In this document: piece after piece, positions 60,461 to 64,000 of the stretch | Position numbering within the stretch: position 1 is the stretch's first letter | How the letters are laid out: each line of letters starts with the position of its first letter | Virus record (IMG/VR): IMGVR_UViG_3300031772_002739 | Location: 9,466 to 73,465 of that record | Direction: 5' to 3' (one strand) | Origin: a virus | DNA: 64,000 nt | Position numbers and translations under genes: made by a program | The notes under the pieces: generated by a model | Databases searched by the model: none | The model's input: the letters and a program-made list of their open reading frames with translations, nothing else | What the model was told of the DNA's origin: nothing

Positions 60461-61431
60461 ATATTAGTAAAACTGGTGTTTACATTCTTAATTACAGAAT
60501 ATGCTCGAATCAATTCTTTTACACCACGATCAAGATCAAATTTACAAGACCACCCTAAAGATTCTAATTTAGCGTTCGATACAACATAGTTTCTTTGGTC
60601 TGGATCTTTGTTAATAGGAGATTCAGTAATATAGAAATCTGGTATTTGTTTTTTAATGGCTAAACACAAATTCATTTTACTCATGTTAATGTTAGTGTTA
60701 CCAACGTTGAACGGTTGTCCTATCATTGTTTCATAACCATGAATACAAAACTTAAATGTATAGGCAATATCTCTAATATGAATAAAGTTTCTCATGAAAT
60801 GTGATTCAAATAGCACAATGAATTTGTCGTTGAACGCTCTATAAACCATATCGTTGACTAACAAATCTAATCGCATTCTTCGTGATACACCAAATACCGT
60901 AGCCAATCTCAATGTAATAGCAGATCCACAATCCAATAACGCTTTCTCCGCATCACATTTAGTTTCTCCATACAAAGAAATTGGTTTGAGAGGAGTTTCT
61001 TCTGTGCAATGCACGGTTTGATCATCTACTACTTGCCCTACTCCGTATCCTGAATTGGTAGTTGGATAAATAACAACTTGACTTTTGGATATATTATCAG
61101 CCAAAAATTTAGAACTACCATAATTGACCGCTACAGTTTCCGATGGAAATTTTCTACAAGCGGGCATTCCAACATAAGCCGCTAAATGGATAATTATATC
61201 ATTTTCTGATGTGAGTTTTCCAAACAACTTTTCATCTCGAACATCACCACAAATAAATTTAAAGTCGTCACGCCAACAATATTCGGTTAAACATGGTTGT
61301 TTATACAATAGATTATCCAACACGGTCACATCATATAGTAATGGTTTTGGCCAAGCATCATTAGCAGCCAATAAATGTTCTACCAACACGTTTCCAAGAT
61401 ATCCAGCACCACCAGTGATCAATATTTTCAT
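60457..61431 (-). CDS. NAD-dependent epimerase/dehydratase
   Basis: ITGGAGYLG, TNSGYG, YGETK, RMRLDLLVN, DQRNY. Confidence 0.85.
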   Translation of the reverse strand: MKILITGGAGYLGNVLVEHLLAANDAWPKPLLYDVTVLDNLLYKQPCLTEYCWRDDFKFICGDVRDEKLFGKLTSENDIIIHLAAYVGMPACRKFPSETVAVNYGSSKFLADNISKSQVVIYPTTNSGYGVGQVVDDQTVHCTEETPLKPISLYGETKCDAEKALLDCGSAITLRLATVFGVSRRMRLDLLVNDMVYRAFNDKFIVLFESHFMRNFIHIRDIAYTFKFCIHGYETMIGQPFNVGNTNINMSKMNLCLAIKKQIPDFYITESPINKDPDQRNYVVSNAKLESLGWSCKFDLDRGVKELIRAYSVIKNVNTSFTNI

Positions 61432-62633
61432 ATATTATTCAAAATGTTTGTTAGTTTTATAATTTTTTCTTCTTCCAAGTCAGGATAATTACCTATATAC
61501 CATCCAAAATGGTGAACATGATCACAAACTGGATGGTTTTTGTATTCTCCACAAAAAAGATCTTTAAGATATGGTTGACGAAGTTGGTTCCCTCCTCCCG
61601 ACATACCTCTTCTAAACTCTATACTCTTTTCATACATGAGTTTTTCAATTTTATTCCGCAATTCAAAATCCGGAGATTTTAACAACAATGTAAAGGCATA
61701 ATTAGAGTTGCCTTCTCTATCAAATTCTACAAAATATTTTTTTGGATCTAAATTATCCAGAAATACGTTCAGGCTGTGTGCTCTTTTTTCGTTATTATTA
61801 TCTAATCTATTGAGTTGGTTGATAGCCAACACTGCGTTTATTTCCGTCGATCGCATGTTGTGGGCCGGATAAACGAAAATAAAATCTTTATTTAAATCTG
61901 GGTTGGCGTCAATAACATATTGTTTTAATACCATATCAGTGCTTTCCCTGAGAAGACCGTGAGAACGAAGAATTCTAGCTAATTCATATACGTTTTGATC
62001 ATCAGTGCATATCATACCACCTTCAATGGAGGTCATATGATGAGCATAATAGAAAGAAAAGTTAGATATTAACCCAAACGTTCCTAATTTTTTACCTTTA
62101 AACGTGGCTCCGTGAGATTCACACACATCCTCCACTAAAGCGACTTTGTTTCTTTTACATATATCAAGTATTTCATCAGTAATACCATTATATCCAAGAA
62201 TGTGTGTCAAAAATATAGCAGATGTTTTTTCTGTAATTTTACTCTCTAATAAACTCCCGTCTAATGCTAGGTTTTTTAGGTTTATATCACTAAATACAGG
62301 ATTTAATCCTGCATGAAGAATTGATGCTATATCCGATACCCAAGTTAAAGGTGGAACTATTATTTCATTTTTATCACGAAATAAATGTTTTAGTATTAAT
62401 GTGGTGATTGTATTAGCAGAACTTCCTGAATTTACAAACACACTATATTTTATACCCAACCATTCGCTCCACAATTTCTCAAATTCTATTACTTTTTTAG
62501 AATTGGTTAAAATAGGCATGGGTTGTTGAGACAAAAAATCCACTAATGATTTAATATCCTCGTCTGTGATATTATTATACATCAACGGCCATTTGTAATC
62601 GTGTTTCGAAATTTTCATATACTCATATACCAA
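61428..62633 (-). CDS. PLP/PMP-dependent 3-dehydratase (ColD-like)
   Basis: NSGSSAN, EDVCESHGA, SFYYAHHMTSIEGG (His in place of Schiff-base Lys), RSHG. Confidence 0.8.
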   Translation of the reverse strand: MVYEYMKISKHDYKWPLMYNNITDEDIKSLVDFLSQQPMPILTNSKKVIEFEKLWSEWLGIKYSVFVNSGSSANTITTLILKHLFRDKNEIIVPPLTWVSDIASILHAGLNPVFSDINLKNLALDGSLLESKITEKTSAIFLTHILGYNGITDEILDICKRNKVALVEDVCESHGATFKGKKLGTFGLISNFSFYYAHHMTSIEGGMICTDDQNVYELARILRSHGLLRESTDMVLKQYVIDANPDLNKDFIFVYPAHNMRSTEINAVLAINQLNRLDNNNEKRAHSLNVFLDNLDPKKYFVEFDREGNSNYAFTLLLKSPDFELRNKIEKLMYEKSIEFRRGMSGGGNQLRQPYLKDLFCGEYKNHPVCDHVHHFGWYIGNYPDLEEEKIIKLTNILNNI

Positions 62634-63541
62634 TCAACAGTTTTTTGTATTCCTTCTTCTAAACGAGTCGGTGGAACATATTTTATTTCTTTTAATAAAG
62701 TAGATATATCAAAAACTCTTCTTGGTTGTCCATCGGGTTTAGAGGAATCCCATCTGATTTCTCCTTTATAACCAACACTATCAACAATAACATCCACAAG
62801 TTCTTTTATTTTAATTTCTATACCAGTCCCCAAATTAACAGGACCTTTTCCAGAATAATCCTCTGCTGTTTTTATCATGGCTCTAGCGGCATCATCTACA
62901 TACAAAAATTCTCGTGTTGCATTTCCAGTCCCCCACACTTCTATTGATGGTAGATTTTCTCCCCTGGCATCCACAATTCTCTTTACAAGAGCGGCAACCA
63001 CATGAGATTTGTTTGGATCAAAACAATCTTCGGGTCCATAAATATTGGATGGTATTAAAACTACAGAATCAAAATTATATTGTTCTCTATAAACCCATGA
63101 CTGAACTACCATAGCTTTTTTGGCGGTGGTATATCCAATCATGCTTCCGTCTGCCAATCCTTTAAAAAAATCTTCTTCTTTATATGGTATTGGAACTTCA
63201 TTAGAATATCCTCCTGATCCAAATGCCACTAACTTTTTTACACCATGGATCATAGAATAATGTAATATGTTTGTGTTTATCATTACATTATCATAATAAA
63301 ATTCTGCTGGAAAGGCTTTGTTTGCCCCTATTCCTCCAACTCTGCCTGCTAAATGAAATACCACATCAGGCTTTAGTTGAGACAATAAAGTGTTAACGTC
63401 GTTCGGATCTCTTAAATCTCCGTCGTATCTTGAGATGGGTAATATCTCTTTTATGTTTCTTTTGTAAAGAATTTTTGTAAGAGCCTCTCCGACGAATCCA
63501 TCTGCTCCCGTAATTAATACTTTTTTATTATCTAATATCAT
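62615..63541 (-). CDS. fcl: GDP-L-fucose synthase / ColC-like epimerase-reductase
   Basis: HLAGRVGGIGAN, GY..AK, NIYGP.D.F..SHV, WGTG..REFLY..D, KPDG..R. Confidence 0.8.
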   Translation of the reverse strand: MILDNKKVLITGADGFVGEALTKILYKRNIKEILPISRYDGDLRDPNDVNTLLSQLKPDVVFHLAGRVGGIGANKAFPAEFYYDNVMINTNILHYSMIHGVKKLVAFGSGGYSNEVPIPYKEEDFFKGLADGSMIGYTTAKKAMVVQSWVYREQYNFDSVVLIPSNIYGPEDCFDPNKSHVVAALVKRIVDARGENLPSIEVWGTGNATREFLYVDDAARAMIKTAEDYSGKGPVNLGTGIEIKIKELVDVIVDSVGYKGEIRWDSSKPDGQPRRVFDISTLLKEIKYVPPTRLEEGIQKTVDWYMSI

Positions 63542-63999
63542 ACTATAGAAACCATTCTATTCTTTATGTCAATATAAGTGTTATTAATGCCGTTGTCAAG
63601 ATTTACTTTTGATCCCCAACCTATTTCTTTTTTTATTTTATCTGGGGAACACCACTGACAATCAATTTTGGATCTATTGGTACATTTAATTAACGACACA
63701 TTTTTTCCTGATGCTCTAATAATAGATTCACATATATCTATAACGGTGTGTTTTGTATTTGTACAGATGTTATACGGACCCAAAAATGGAGACTCATCTA
63801 ATTTATTCATCAACATTAAAATGGCGTCAATAGCGTCATCAATATAACAATAAGATCGATATTCATCTCCCGTTGTTCTAATTTGAAATGTTTCGTGGAG
63901 ATCATTAATTTTAGCACACATTACAGGAATCAAAGATCCGTCGTTGTAATCATACGATTGGCCCGGTCCGTAAATTCCACATAACCTACCAACGGCTAT
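63538..63999 (-). CDS. NAD-dependent epimerase, C-terminal part (runs off window)
   Basis: frame is open to window end: GRLCGIYGPGQ..LIP..RSYCYIDD..YNI. Confidence 0.75.
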   Translation of the reverse strand: MAVGRLCGIYGPGQSYDYNDGSLIPVMCAKINDLHETFQIRTTGDEYRSYCYIDDAIDAILMLMNKLDESPFLGPYNICTNTKHTVIDICESIIRASGKNVSLIKCTNRSKIDCQWCSPDKIKKEIGWGSKVNLDNGINNTYIDIKNRMVSIV

Positions 64000-64000
64000 T

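Noticed and set aside
1-64000. Stop-codon reassignment
   Set aside because: Long genes are intact in code 11 and end in TAA, TGA and TAG. The TGA at 23157 needs a frame change, not readthrough.

Overview
This is an AT-rich, densely coding segment of a large tailed (myovirus-like, jumbo-type) phage genome read in standard code 11. No tRNA, rRNA or CRISPR array was seen. Positions 1-43.6 kb are mostly on the + strand. They hold a 10-bp tandem repeat region, nucleotide enzymes and a tail tube gene. Next comes an inserted block of proteins sharing an N-terminal MIKLKxI(L/V)..E leader: four tandem paralogs with an R-S-E ADP-ribosyltransferase-like signature and a P-loop kinase, followed by an untagged HxGH nucleotidyltransferase. 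Tail chaperone, tape measure and baseplate genes follow, then a replication module (PolA-like, SSB, RecA, 5'-3' exonuclease, DnaB, class II RNR). The rest of the + region carries Mom-like and DUF4338-like genes, a MoxR AAA gene split around a GIY-YIG endonuclease next to a vWA partner, and an amidoligase. Positions 43.6-64 kb are a - strand cluster for unusual nucleotide-sugar synthesis invaded by homing endonucleases. The most notable observations are (1) the leader-tagged ART-like cassette array with repeated junction DNA, (2) a fractured AAA ATPase whose halves carry extra termini that may form a re-joining mini-domain, and (3) two +1 frame disruptions, at the tail chaperone and the exonuclease. 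All functional calls come from motifs recognised by eye; no database search was run.
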